A DNA stretch of 64,000 nucleotides from assembly GCA_002633005.1 (NCBI GenBank), contig NMRA01001035.1, positions 2,423 to 66,422 on the forward strand, read 5' to 3'. This stretch comes from Phoronis australis. Lineage: Eukaryota > Animalia > Phoronida. Below, in pieces: positions 1-13,009 of this stretch (position 1 is its first letter; every line of letters starts with the position of its first letter). Made by a program: the position numbers and the translations under genes. The notes beneath the pieces are model-generated. The model saw only the letters and a program-made list of their open reading frames with translations, was not told the DNA's origin and made no database searches.

Positions 1-1015
1 ACATATACAAACTCTTATGATTAGCTACGCAATTGCTAGTAGTTTTTCGGGGGTTACGCAAACACACGTAGTAGGCGTAGTAGGGAACTTTACATTTACA
101 ATTGAAACATTCAGAAACCAAATGCCACTTCTTTCCGTAAAATACAATACCATGATTTTAACATCCAAAATGTCTTGTTGAAAAACTCCTAGCATGTGGT
201 AACATCTTCTCAGCTCCATCCTATCAAACTACCTTTCTGTTGCCCAGAGAATTTTGTTAATTCCATTTCTGAGCAGTGAATATAATTTGTAGCATTTACC
301 AAAACCCATGAAATATTTTTTTTGGAAATGAAATGTTTAACTTGTGTTAGCCCATTTTTCGCCTGCAGTTGCTAACATTTCACTGTACACCGCTGACGCA
401 GAAAGCACCGTTCGGAACATTTGTCTATATATTCGTGTGTTTATTCATTTTCTAGTCACATTAATTTGGCTTTTAATGTCGCGTACCCGTTTAAACCACC
501 GACGGATTTTCTTTATTCCCCAGTTTCTTGGAAAATTTTGGAACTAAAGCCAAAGGTGCACCACGATTTTTTTATTTGCAGGTGCCAAGTCCCTGTATTT
601 GCCTACCTGTGGATGGCTCGTGATAATTCAACGGAATGAGGTCACGCGCTGTTACATTGACCCTGTAAACAATTATTGACAGACGTGTTGCTCGTCTGTC
701 TTGAGCTGTTTGTTCATAGGTCAATCATCACATGATCCGATAAGACGTAGTAAGTACGTCTATCTTTTTAAGGACTACTCGAGTAATTTGGAAAACTTCG
801 CGTCACGCCACAGAGTTGGCGATAAAAGTGTTATTCAATAGTGTATTAATATCAGGGACTTGACTGTATTTTCGGCATGCACGAAGCCCACTTTGCGGCT
901 GGAACGAAGCTAATTTGATGTTTGCTTTACGTGGGGCGAGTTTCTAATGAATCGAAAGCGAAAGTGGCGTATGCCTATGAAATGAGATAGCCTTAAATAC
1001 GTGTGCGCACTAAAG

Positions 1016-2581
1016 ATGTTGACGGATGGTGCTGCAGGCGGCAACAGATTGGACAAGCAGACTTGTGACTCTACAGAAAATGACAAATCGTCCGGACTGT
1101 GTAGGCCGCTGGCCGGTTTTGTGCTAATCGGTGTGTTTATCATATTGGAGCGCCTTGCATTATATGACGTGGTGGCTTTCCTTGAACGCGAATGGCACGT
1201 GTTTGGAGAGCAAGAAGACAGTGAAGTCAGACTTGTATATGCCTTTAATGCTTGCTGTTACTTTCTTCCAATTCTTGGCGGACTTCTGGCAGACAAACTT
1301 GGAAAGTCAAAGGTAGTTTTTGTGGGATTGTTCCTTTACGCAGTCGGCCTAGTAGTTCTATTTGTTGACTGTCCTGCGTTAGATGAAGTGGAACCCACGG
1401 TGTCGTCTGGCGATAAGTACTGTTCCTGGAAGCCCAAATCCACCATCGCGTTTCCACTGTGCTTGATTGCGTTAGGAGCAGCATTCGTCAAAACAAACTT
1501 AATAGTGTTACTGCTGAAGCAAGGTGAGGCATTAGCAGTGAACCATACTTCGGAGAACTGGTTTATTAAAGCCCTTGTGACAACGGAGACTTGGTTTGCT
1601 CTTAGCTTTATGTTCATTAGTGTCGGTGAAGCTCTTGCTTGGCTCGTTGGCAGCCTGCATAATGGGTTTAGTCCTCTTGTGCAAGCTTCAATGATAGTGT
1701 TTGTGTTTATTTTGTATGCAGTCGCTTCTCTTAAAAACCTTTTTGCTTCCCAAAACTGTAAAGATGGCGCTGTTCTGCCTCGTCTGGATACCAACTTGCC
1801 AACAGCAACAGAGCAGCTTGTAGCCAGGGAGAATGAACGAACAAGACGAAAAGAATTGCTGAAACAACTGTTTATTCTACTGCCATTATATGGACTTCTG
1901 GTCACTTTCTGGATGGCATACTCTCAGATTTTAACATTCAGTCTCATACAAGTCACTCTAACAAAAGTGAATACTAACTTGAACGGTGGAAATTTATCTA
2001 GTGTAAGTGGTTTCCAGGGTGTTACCAGTACCATAGTAACAATTGCTTTGGTCATCATTTATTCGTGCTTGCGTGCCAAGCGCGCTTGGGACAACATCCT
2101 GTTTAAAATGGGTTTGGGAATGGTTTGTGGGTGTCTTTCCCTTCTGACACTAGGTGCCGTTGAAATATACAGAAAAAGTGCCGACTTACAGCGCGTAGAA
2201 CTTAACATTGTGCTTCCACAATATGTACTGATATCGATTGCTGAAACTTTTGTTTCTATTTCAGGATTTCAGTTCTTTTACACTAAAGCGCCAAAAACAT
2301 TGGAATGTATGTCAGTGGGTATGTTTCTATCTACAGTAGGTTTTGGCATTTTCTTGGGAATTACAGCAACTACAATATTTGAATTCGTCCTTAAATGCAG
2401 CGAAATGTCATGTCAGAACTTGGATTGGTATGCCTACGGGTTAGCTATTATTTTGTTGTTAAATTTCGCTATCTTTTGGTGGTACTCACATCGTTTCAAT
2501 AACCGACAGGCGGAGCAGCAGGGCGAAACACCAGCAACCAAAACTTGTAGGTACGGGTCGATGAATACGACGCAGGCTTAG
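1016..2581 (+). CDS. SLC15/POT (PTR2) family proton-coupled oligopeptide transporter-like MFS protein, intronless, paralogue 1
   Basis: 521-codon ORF from ATG 1016 (the track's 1001 start is GTG). About 12 hydrophobic segments with POT-type motifs ILERLALY, LPILGGLLADKLG, FVKTN, FWMAYSQ, PQYVLISIAETFVSISGFQFFYTKAP and LDWYAYGLA. Confidence 0.88.
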   Translation: MLTDGAAGGNRLDKQTCDSTENDKSSGLCRPLAGFVLIGVFIILERLALYDVVAFLEREWHVFGEQEDSEVRLVYAFNACCYFLPILGGLLADKLGKSKVVFVGLFLYAVGLVVLFVDCPALDEVEPTVSSGDKYCSWKPKSTIAFPLCLIALGAAFVKTNLIVLLLKQGEALAVNHTSENWFIKALVTTETWFALSFMFISVGEALAWLVGSLHNGFSPLVQASMIVFVFILYAVASLKNLFASQNCKDGAVLPRLDTNLPTATEQLVARENERTRRKELLKQLFILLPLYGLLVTFWMAYSQILTFSLIQVTLTKVNTNLNGGNLSSVSGFQGVTSTIVTIALVIIYSCLRAKRAWDNILFKMGLGMVCGCLSLLTLGAVEIYRKSADLQRVELNIVLPQYVLISIAETFVSISGFQFFYTKAPKTLECMSVGMFLSTVGFGIFLGITATTIFEFVLKCSEMSCQNLDWYAYGLAIILLLNFAIFWWYSHRFNNRQAEQQGETPATKTCRYGSMNTTQA

Positions 2582-3990
2582 CGACGGCATAGGGATTTTA
2601 ATTTGCCCTCTCGCTGAGCAGCAATAATCCGATCTATTAAAGATTACCAATAACTTCGACTTACCAACTTTCTGCTTATTTCGTGTTGTCTACTTCTTTT
2701 AACTTGTCACGGAACATTGCTCTACAATATACGTTCAAATATCAAAACCTGAAAAGTCGTTAAATTAACGAATTTGTGAAATTGAAACGATCTGTGCTTT
2801 AATGCAGGGTTTATAGAAAACACGACCTCGCAAACATCACGTGACCAACTGTTGTGTTACCCACAATCGCAAGGTGAGGTTACCATTTTGCTCAAAGAAC
2901 TCATCACGTGAGTGATCTGACGTCATACGCGGGTCAGAATCAAGAGATATGCGTTTGCCGGCGCGAACGTTAACTAAAACGTCAACATTTCTCTTGGTGT
3001 TTGCAAAGTTTCTGTTGAGAATTTTGAAATGTGACCGTTCTCCTGACTCTGAGGTATAATTAGTAGCTTTCGACAAACTTATTTATTATAAAAAATGAAG
3101 GTCATTGATAATCTTAAAATAACCAATACAGTGAGGGTCGTAGAAGCACTGGCTATATCTGAATGTGGTTTAAATAATTTCGGTCTTCCTTGAAGATTTC
3201 ATATACAGTGAAAGATATGTTCTGGTGTAGCATTCAAAACGTTATCTCCAATTAAGATGCAATCTTTCGGGTTAATAATTTGTAAATAAAATATATTGAT
3301 GTGGCTTTAATTCATTGTTTCTGCTTTACATTCATGAATTACGTAAGCAACTAAACCTGTACATTTTAACACATTCAGTTGTGTGTGCAATCCTTGTTTG
3401 CTTTCGAATATTTGAGGCAGGTGGAATATGTGGACAAATACAACGTTATCTTTGAAAGGCACAGCAAACCCCCAGAGAGGGAGCACTCACTTTTTTGCGG
3501 AGTGTGCCGTGGGGAACAACCCTTGCTACGATCAATATGGATCCATTGGTTCAAGGCTTGTGTAAAAATGGCACTCTTTTCAGGGCTCGACGCTATTCAA
3601 ATCGCCAGATCGCATTTTGCGACCTAGCCAAAGTCCCTGGTCGCATTTTCAAAATCCAGCTCACATTCATAAATGCCTGGTTGCAAAATTTTCGCGCCAT
3701 TTTTACCAAACTCGATTTTTTAGATTATCGAGAAAATATTTAGATTATGCTCTTACCTGCACCGTTAAATACTGACAAATTTCAGGTCGCAAAATTGAGT
3801 TCGTTCATGCAGGTAAGGTATTACTGTTCCTCACGACGGCCATTGAAAGGCCCTCAAGCGCAAGGCAAGTTGCCGACGTGAAAGTTGAATCAGTGCTCCC
3901 TAACTAACACGTGCATTCGAGTAGATACGTTTGCGATGTGAAAAGGGAGAAAATGCCCGTTGAAAAAGTATCCGCGATTTTGCTAGGTCT

Positions 3991-4010
3991 NNNNNNNNNN
4001 NNNNNNNNNN
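3991..4010. other. Assembly gap (20 N)
   Basis: Run of N. Confidence 0.99.
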
Positions 4011-4633
4011 AATATCAGTTCTGGATTATATCGGTCCCGGGGAATATCGTAAAGCATCGGGTCTTTTATAACCGCCGGGAATCTATGAGTTCATTTTCAA
4101 ATAAACCACTGGCACGTACCCGGGTGCTTAACAGAGCCATGCCGGTATACTCTTTCATTTAGGACTGTAGCTGTTCTCTTTTGATTTGCAGCTTTGAAGT
4201 CCCCCCACTTGAATCGCTGGAGCAGGCCTACACTTTACATGCGCGCACCCAGCCTAAACTAAAGGGGGGGCCTCGAATTCTTCCATATGCGGACCTGTTA
4301 CTTAAAAAAATCAACGAGGACCAAAAAACGGGGCCACTAGGTTCAGGCTTGCCAATCGTGCATCCGCGCCGAATTCCTGTGGACTTTGTGAATTTTTGCC
4401 TCGTTTACTCAACGGACTTTTTGTTTCACTGAGGCGAACTTTTTTGCCCAATTTGCCAATTCGCCCCGATCCTCCCTGGGTGCGCCCATTATTTACGTTG
4501 GCAGCAACGTGTGAAAGTCAAATCATATATCGCGCACGTAGCCCCAGAAACAAGGGGTTAGATAATTTCTTGGTAACTGAAAGTAAAGACGTGGCCGTCG
4601 CTTGGCGATAAAAAGGGTTGTCATTTTCACTTT

Positions 4634-4783
4634 CAGTGGCGGATTTATAGGGGGGCCATGTCCCCCCTAAAACTCTCCCAGATTCCATTTGGCAGTTCGG
4701 AGGTGCGCCTTCTGACGGGCAAAATCCTGGCTAATACTCTGCCCTGGCCTCCCCCCTAAATAAAAATCCTGGATCCGCCCCTG
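4634..4783. mobile_element. MITE (CAGTGGCGGAT...ATCCGCCCCTG family)
   Basis: Imperfect terminal inverted repeats. The internal sequence matches a second copy at 63803-63964. Confidence 0.7.
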
Positions 4784-5967
4784 ACTTAGGCTGTCATAGG
4801 CAATAAAAAACGAGACGCGCATCTCTAAGTCACGATTTTCTGCCGGGACCGCTTGCGCGCTAACAACGGGACCGAACAGTGCCGCATTGCCGGCAATATC
4901 AGGGATGTTGTCGTGGATATTTGGTACATGTAATAAGGGCATATATATTTGTCCACCACAAAGTTTGATAAGTTGATCGCTTAAGAATTAGTGGAAACAC
5001 CGCCGTGTTGTGACATTTTATCACTTGTTATGCAGTGGCCCGAATCCGGAAACTTGCAAAAGTTGCCGAAAGTGTTAGCACATGAAACGCGTCAAAGATT
5101 GATTCTGCATATCCCATGTTCACGCGACTTGTTGACATGTGCAAGTCATCGGGAGGGCTGTTTTCGGTTGGCGTTCTTTTGAATTTGGATTTGGAAACAA
5201 CCAAATAACAGTCGGATTAACAAGAGTTGCTCTACATTTCCAAGGCGTGCGTTCTGTAGACGCTAGGACCTACGCTAGGACCTAGTTAAAACCTAGTCAA
5301 AGTCATGTGTTTTAATTTAAAATGCACGGCAATATCTCACGTAAACTCGCGAAGTCTTACTTTTTAGCGAAGTCCTAGTGTTACCGAACGGGAGGCACAT
5401 TTCTCCCGAGAAGTGTAAAAACTCAGCTCGCATACGTTGGAAATTCCAGGTCGCATTTAGCGACTTGATACGAGCTGACAAAAATCTCAGCTCGCATTTC
5501 CAAATTTCAGGTCGCAAATGCGACCTGCAGCTCGTTATGTCGAGCCCTGCTTTTGTAGTTTTTTTTATTTCCTGAGCATATTTTTGTAATTGTTTTAACA
5601 AACCAAACCGGTGAATTAAATTGAAAAACAATAGGCAACCTTTGAGACACAAATGAATTGGCCTTTCTGTTGGCTGCAAAATGGACTCTTTAGATGTACT
5701 CGTCTGCACAGTGACCCCCTCCTAGAAAATTGAATAGGAAAGAACTTCTTTTCATAGATTACCTAGTAGCCATGGAAACCACTTATCTGAAAAACTCGTA
5801 TACGCTACCTATAAATTTCCCGGAAGAAAGCCTCCGGAGAACCATGGATCCCACGTAAAAATACTTAAACAAGGCAAAGACAATCGGGGCCGAAAGTTGC
5901 GAATTGTTTATATGTATGTTTAAATGAAAGTGGTATCTTTCAACTGACGAAACACACCATGTGTTTC

Positions 5968-6802
5968 ATTATTATTATTTTATTTGATAATATTCATAGT
6001 TACAATAATGAATACAGTACTATGTACAGGATATATAAATTTAAAAAATAAAGTATTAATTATGTACACTGTCCGTATAACACCAAACAATTAAAAACTT
6101 ATTACCGTGGTGGTCCATACACAAACTAAATAAATATTAGGAATAAATAATTTATTGTGAATAATTATACAGGAGAAATGAAACATGAGAAAGAAATAAG
6201 GTATAGGCGAAAAATTTGAAAAAGACTGAAGAATGAAGTAAAGATGATAGATGATAAATAAATGAATAAATAAAAAAATTAACAAATTAATAGATAAAAT
6301 TGGAGTTATCACTTCTCTCAATAAGGCTAAATAGATAATGTATGACTACAAGTCTTTTTAAAGATTTAAAAATCTGTAATGTCTCTCAGGTGGCCAGGAA
6401 GAGAATTCCAAAGAACTATGGTTGGATTTTAATAAGTTGCAGATCCACGTTTTAACTCTTGGTTGAATTAAACCGTTATTGCTCCTTAAAGGTTCGTGAG
6501 AATGGCGTGGTTTAAATGTTTTAGTAATCAAGGAAATAATTTGGGGCGTTGCAATGAACAAATTTAACGTGGAGCTTGAGTTGGTTAACTGTTTTATTCA
6601 TAATTTAGCCACCCAAAAGACTGAAAATGATAAAAATTAATGCGAGTACGAGGTGTAAACTGAGAACATATTCAATAAATTTGTTTTGAAACACCTGCAG
6701 CCTTTTGCGAAGACACTTGTTTAAACTGGAAAACCAGCTTGAACAAGCATAAACAAACAAAGGAATTATAAAGGAATTGCAAAGGGTTTTACGTGACCTC
6801 AT
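5968..6802 (-). mobile_element. LINE (CR1/L2-like) 3' end: RT C-terminal fragment, 3'UTR and (AAT)n tail
   Basis: Minus-strand peptide KTLCNSFIIPLFVYACSSWFSSLNKCLRKRLQVFQNKFIEYVL fits the CR1/L2 post-RT motif. AATAAA followed by AAT repeats near 5968-5985 on the minus strand. Confidence 0.65.
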
Positions 6803-8951
6803 TGGAGAAGCAAAATCAACAACAGTACCAAATATACGTAGATCTCTGAAACTACACCGGGTTTGTCAACATCATCACAAGATGTCAGTACACTACAGTC
6901 AAATTCGTTTAATTTGTTGATAAAATCAGAAGGAGAGTTGTGTTTGAGAGATCTGATTTTACAGTATCTAGGACCATCAACTGGTAGTTTTCCTAGTACT
7001 ATAGATCTAATGGTGGCTGCGTGATACCAATCCTATATTACACCATGCTTTGAGATAGCGGAGTTGCAACGCCGCCATATTGGAAATGGGTCAGAATGTT
7101 GCATTGTGGTTAAGCTGGTAAACAAGTACGTCGGCAAGCGTGGGGGAGAACCGGCCACAGGGAGGTTATACGTGTTGTGTGCCTGGCATGCTATAATACC
7201 AGTTAGCGAAATAAAAAAATTAGTTACTACCTGTTTCCCAAGGATCAAGAACTGCGTTAAACATGGGTCAGAGACATCGGTAGAGCTGGTAGCAAAGGCC
7301 GACTTCGTGAATTCTTTCCGACTTCGTAGCATAAAGTGTGCAGCGCTCATTTTGAGGGCGGCAAGAAAACGTATCTTAGAAACTGCCCAACAATATCTCC
7401 CTTCAAAGAAACAGTAACAAATACTCCACGGCGGTTGGTAGTGAAAAAAAAACTTGTTTTCGCTTGACCAGAACCAAGCCAACATGAGCAATTTTGAGGA
7501 TAATGCCTCTGCACAATCACCTGTTCTGGGTCGACTCACTTAACGTATGCACACTATATGCATTACGCGCTAAGATAAAGCGTGCAGATTATTATTATTT
7601 ACTTTCTACAAAATTGTGGTACATTGCTATCAAAATTCGTTGTTAAATTACGATCATTTTTCATAAAATTTTGTTGAAGTTCCAGGGCGAAATCTTGCCG
7701 ACAAATGCGTAGCTGCTGGTCTCGCAATCGTCGATAGGGCTTGAATTCTTAAATAAGAATACAGCTTTGACTCAACAAATTACCTGAAATCCTCCTCAAG
7801 TTTTCCAAATAGCGTCTCTAAGATTTTTAAGTTCTTGTGAAGTCTGGATTAACTGCAGATTAAGTCCAAATCTACGCTAGATTGTAGCACGCAACCCGAG
7901 AAAAATCTCTGTGGGAACACATGTTGTTGTCACGTGACGTTTGTTTTGAAGTTTGTATGCGTGTGTGTGAGAGTAAGCGTGCGTGTGCTTGTCAGAGTTC
8001 ATTTGCCAGAGTAATGTAATGATCTAGGTGTGCATTGTATCCAAAAAAAAAATAAGTCAAGCAGTCAAGCAGAGCGTGTTTTAATATTTACGGCTTAGCA
8101 CTTGCTGGCCTCATCTGCTAAAAACGTTCGAGAATTTTTTCGGTAAGACCGACATGTCACTCATTGAGTCGCCGGGTGAGTGGATGCGTGACCGTAGTGT
8201 AACAGCTATTTCCCGGAAGATTTGGGGTGTAAGGGTGCGAAGTGGGTCATTTTGACCTTAAAAACACCAATTATGATTAGTTAAATAATTTCTCTTAAAA
8301 ATAATGCAGAAGCTTTTTACGGTATTGGAAACTTTCGGAAATTAGTGCCAATATTTATTTGCCGATGCTATGTTACCCGATTAATCTTCGATGACAGTCG
8401 GTACATTATGCAGCGCGCGCTTCTTGGTCGCGTGCTAACACTGGTCGAGTTTTTTTTATTAGTCTTCGATTCACGGTTTTCACATGTACAAAGAAGTTTG
8501 GATTCCTGTTGAGGCCGGAGAAGATCTGTACCGGAAAGAAACAATGCAATCCCGCTCTTTGACAAGTACGCTGTGTCTGTTTTCAAAGTCCAGACCCGCG
8601 TAGTGGGGCACATCCCTCGCAAGAGCAGCAAAACTTCTGCGTTCTTTTTGAATCGCGGCGTAAGTTTGAAGTGTATACGGACATAACGGTGAGGCTCGTG
8701 GTCCGTTACAAATTCAGGCTGTCGGATCTTTCAATTGATAAATTGGAGACGTTAGAACTGTAGGTAAGGGCATTTTTCGCATGTAGTTCATGGGCTGGGC
8801 GCTTACTTTAGCAAAGTCTGAAAACGCGTTGGGGCACTTGTTGAGCCATGGGCGCTAATTAGGGCGAATAGCGGCAGAATTACATACAACAGCGTAGTTT
8901 AATGCACACAAATTACACGTCGTGCAAACCAGTCGGCCATCCCGTTTACCA

Positions 8952-9224
8952 TCAACAATCCCAGTAGCCTTTACGCACCCTAATTTCCGGACATGCGCAA
9001 TCGTTAAATCGATTCGGTTGCAACTCCGCTATTCTACCGGGATAGTTACAAACAATATGATCAATCAAGGAGGAAGTAGTTTCAGTGACCCTGGTTGGCT
9101 GCATAATCAATTGCGTGCAGCCGAAACTGGTAATAGTGTCAGTGTATGGTTCAGTTAACCCAGATTTATTCTGGAAACACCTAATGTTGATATCACCAAG
9201 TAAAATGGCCCTTTTTGCTCTCAA
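8952..9224 (-). mobile_element. LINE apurinic-like endonuclease fragment
   Basis: Motifs ILLGDINI and QLIMQPTRVTETTSSLIDHI typical of the EEP endonuclease domain of CR1/L2 ORF2. Confidence 0.75.
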
Positions 9225-10291
9225 ATCGATGAATGTAAAGTGAAGTCTGTCTTTAATGTGTCAGTTTTCTCGTGGTGCATGGCTAGGAAAATCTGACGTC
9301 GTCAGGGATCGTATTCTTCATAAACATCGTTGTTTGTAAAGGTTGGGGACAATAGCGTTTCGAGGCTGACGTGACACAAATCAATGCACTGAGTGCATTA
9401 CGAAACATATCTACTGTATGGACTGACGACTGGGTAATTTCTCGGAATAGAGAACCAGTAAGGCACAGTGTTGTTGTTCTTATGCCGAAAACGTGGCGAC
9501 ATATTTACATATCGAATAGAATGCATGAATTGCTGATGTGATTTAATTGACCACCTGCACACTTTTATTGTATCTCTACGTCCAACTTAAACTTTGTACT
9601 CGAGACAATAGACTCATTGGTTTATCTTCTCTCGCTTTGATTACGAAGATGGAATTTATGGTTCTGGACAGGGATCAATCCGTTTGCGTGAAATAACTCG
9701 AAAATATTTTTAGCATTTTCCATTCTACTTTAATTTGAACTCAAAGTAATTATCAGGATTACATAGATGATGATGTAATCCTAACTTGCACTTGATGAAC
9801 CCAGCATTAAAGCTACGTCTGAGTCGGAATCTAGTACTACTCGAAGTGACAAATTTCTACTCATGTCTTTATCTCCAATATTGGGGTCACCACTAAAGTG
9901 CAAAATTGGACTAGACACTCATCTGCGTATTGTATTATATATTTGGGTACAGAGTAAATAATTATTACATGGCGAAGTCGTTATTCCCCGTTATCTAGAG
10001 CCCGAGTGGATTTTGGAGAATTATCGCCCGAGGGGCGTTAACCCCGAGGGTGATAATTCTACAAACTGAGTATAATGCTCAAGTCAAAGGATCCCGATGA
10101 CACGATACCCGCATTGGAGATCGGTGAGAGAACACGAGAGAAAAATTTCACTGAATTAAAATATCGTTTTTATGGAAATTATGCATATTATTTTTCATAG
10201 CGTATAAATGTTGGTGCAATGCCCTTTACTGAGCGTGATTGTTTTGCGTACTCATTTATGTATTCTATTTTCACGTTCGCTGACGTCAGCC

Positions 10292-10360
10292 GCTGAGTGG
10301 TGTAGTGGTAAAGTCAGCGACTCGAAACTCTTGAGGTCCGGGTTCGAATCCGGCCTCGGT
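10292..10360 (+). pseudogene. tRNA-derived sequence (tRNA pseudogene or SINE head)
   Basis: A box TGGTGTAGTGG, B box GGTTCGAATCC and acceptor-like pairing GCTGAG/CTCGGT, but the anticodon stem does not pair. Confidence 0.6.
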
Positions 10361-12755
10361 TTCCCGCCGATAAATTTATGGGTCACGGTTGTATCTGCCA
10401 TTCGAGGCTAATATTGATATACTACACAATTATCTTGAGTTCATGTGAATGAAGAACGGAAAGTGTTTTTCTAGCACGGATGCCTTATAGCCGCTTGACT
10501 TTACGGAACGGACGATGTCAGTCAAGTGAAGCCATGTTCACAACACAAGCACCCCATGGAACGTCAAAAGAAAAACAAACAGGCTTCGTAACGTTGAATT
10601 ATTATCCACAGCTTAATGCGAAACATGTAATTTCAATGATTATCATTCGGTCGACGATCTACAGTCACTTGGGGTGGCACCACTAAACACCATCATCAGC
10701 TCCTGTTTCTCGCGTTCGAAATCCGGGGCAAGGACCAGTCGACGTTGTTCCTACAAGAATAAAACAGCCTTATATTGTCGACATCGAAGAAGAGAGGCAA
10801 GTCAAACTCAGTCATCAGTGCACACGTGTACAACTTAATTACAACAGGTGCACAATCCTACAATAGATGCAAGGTTGGTTGAACAACATATATTATTGAA
10901 TGAACTCAATTTATTCAACAATGACGTTTGTGTGCTTGATGCTTATATTAATGTTTTCGGAACAAATAAAGTTATCATAAATTCTCACCATTGCATGTTT
11001 GAAAGGTCGTCACCTTTTAGCTATGTCAACGCTGTCAGTTGGTCAAACCAGAGGAATCAGCAGGTCTTATTACCTACAACTTCTAAACAGGGACACAAGA
11101 CAATTCATACGAGCGATAACATGAACAAAAATAATGTAAATGCAACATAAACATCATTTTACGAAGGCTCGTATGATATGCGGCGATAAGAAGATGCTTT
11201 GAAAGTGAAGTCTTGACATCCTTGGGCCTTGCTTGAGCTCTGAAGGAGTCTTCCTTAGATGGTTGCTTAGACGTTTAAATGACATCATCTGTTCTGATAA
11301 TAGAAGAGATGCAAACAAAACACACAAAGAGATACACTAAAAAGAGCAACGAGACACTGGGTTTACAATATCTATTGATGAATTTATCAAAGGACTTACC
11401 TCTGTGTGGTCAAGCTTTCTCCAAATTCAAAACCATTTCATAATACTAGGCTAATTTATTGGTGCAAGGGGGTAAAGATTCAAATATTCGAAGGAAACCA
11501 TAACGAAAATGCCCTGCAAAATGGTTTTGTTTGGCTGAATGAAAGCATGACCATTCTTCGCCTCTGGCAAGCGTGGATATGTCTTTCTGCATTGTTCGCT
11601 TTATACAAAGTTTCAATTATGAAATTGATTGCATGTAACACTGGAACTTATTTTCAGAATTTTAGACAAAAAAAGTCCATGGTACTTGTTTGAAGATTTG
11701 CCAATAACATAACAATCATTGATGTTTTTCTTTTAAATTCGCGGACATTTGAAAAATCGTGGGTTCAGATAATTTATCATTGAAAGCAAATGAAGTGGAG
11801 TAAATGGACGCATTTTTGACAATCTCTTGCTCACGTTACAGTAGGTCTCCAAGTAACGAGCATAAACCAGAACCAAATACTTTTTTGGTCGGATTTGTTT
11901 TTTTTCTGAGAAAACGCGAGTTCATAAATTTAAATGCCGTCCATGCACAAAATGCAAATCAAATTTAAAACTTTCATACAAAATACCATGCACCCTGCAT
12001 ACCTGTGTATGGTCCCCACAACGAGAATGAGGAACAGAAAACAGTTCCGTATCGACATCTTTGAAGTCGTGTATCTTTGGGACAACGCCCAATCGATAAC
12101 AGAACTGACAATTCTCGACAGCTCACCTCCTTTTAATGTCCAATTTTGCGTGGTTGATACCACCAGGCCAATCACGATGCAGAAATGTTGAGCGCAAGCA
12201 TAGTGCATAACGCGCTAGCGCGCGATTGGTTAAAAAATTCGACTCTTGGTCGTGGAGATGACAAAAAAGAATACAGTACAGTCGAATGTTAGTAAAAGCA
12301 TTGTTCAGCCACACACTTGTTCACGTTGTTCCTGGTAGTGTTTTGGTAGAATTTTATGTTTTTAATTTTGACAAAATAAATCCTCGTTTGTTTGCCACTC
12401 GTAATTTGCTCTGGTGATCGACGGGGTGAGAAAACAATGAGGTCGGATAGCAGGTCTGCCCACGGACTTAAAAATCAAAACAAGCAGTACACACATGAAG
12501 GTTTAAAAAGCTTTGATCACGAGATTGCTGTACATATATACTCTTTAAAATAAGTGATGCGAATCATGTTTAACATCTAATATCCGGTACGTCCCTATTT
12601 GCGTCACGTGACTTCAGGTAATTTAACCAAAAGTAGCAAAAGTGTATCGTATCTCACTAGGGGACTCGGAGATTTTGTTGGATGTGGCCCTAGTAGACTT
12701 TTTGAAGTTATAAGCAATGACGCACACCACAAAGTTTATTGGCCCTAGGCTTTGA

Positions 12756-13009
12756 CCAGCGGTCCGTTTCATGAAAGTAACTTAGAAATTAAGACAGAAA
12801 CTTGGTCTTTCGCTTTCACTTACAACTGGTGAATAAAAGTTTAGCCAAGTAATTTAGAGGGCATCACAGTCTAGAAGTCTGAAATTGCTTCAGTTACTAA
12901 GAGCCATGTATATATTCTCAGAGAAGGCACTATTTTTCTAAAATTTTTCTGAGGACCGAAAGGCCAAATTTCTATGTTAGGACACTAATTTCATGAAACA
13001 GACCCCTGG
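12756..13009. mobile_element. MITE with about 21-bp TIRs
   Basis: CCAGCGGTCCGTTTCATGAAA ... TTTCATGAAACAGACCCCTGG. Confidence 0.65.

Larger units (their letters stand above)
3581..5549. mobile_element. Non-autonomous DNA transposon with 11-bp TIRs and 5-bp TSD (hAT5-like)
   Basis: CAGGGCTCGAC at 3581 and GTCGAGCCCTG ending at 5549, flanked by CTTTT on both sides. Subterminal GGTCGCA/TGCGACC motifs at both ends. It spans an N gap. Confidence 0.6.

Noticed and set aside
1001-1015. ORF-track start at 1001
   Set aside because: It is a GTG. In this eukaryotic context the first in-frame ATG is 1016, which matches the length of paralogue 2.
1336-1905. 189-aa minus-strand ORF (and similar ones at 19030-19785)
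   Set aside because: Antisense shadows of the SLC15 coding sequences with no recognisable motifs.
7033-7539. Overlapping 168-aa and 117-aa ORFs, faintly Crypton-like
   Set aside because: No convincing tyrosine-recombinase catalytic motif and no ATG or splice support.
10292-10360. Functional tRNA gene
   Set aside because: The anticodon stem is unpaired, so it is treated as a tRNA-derived repeat.
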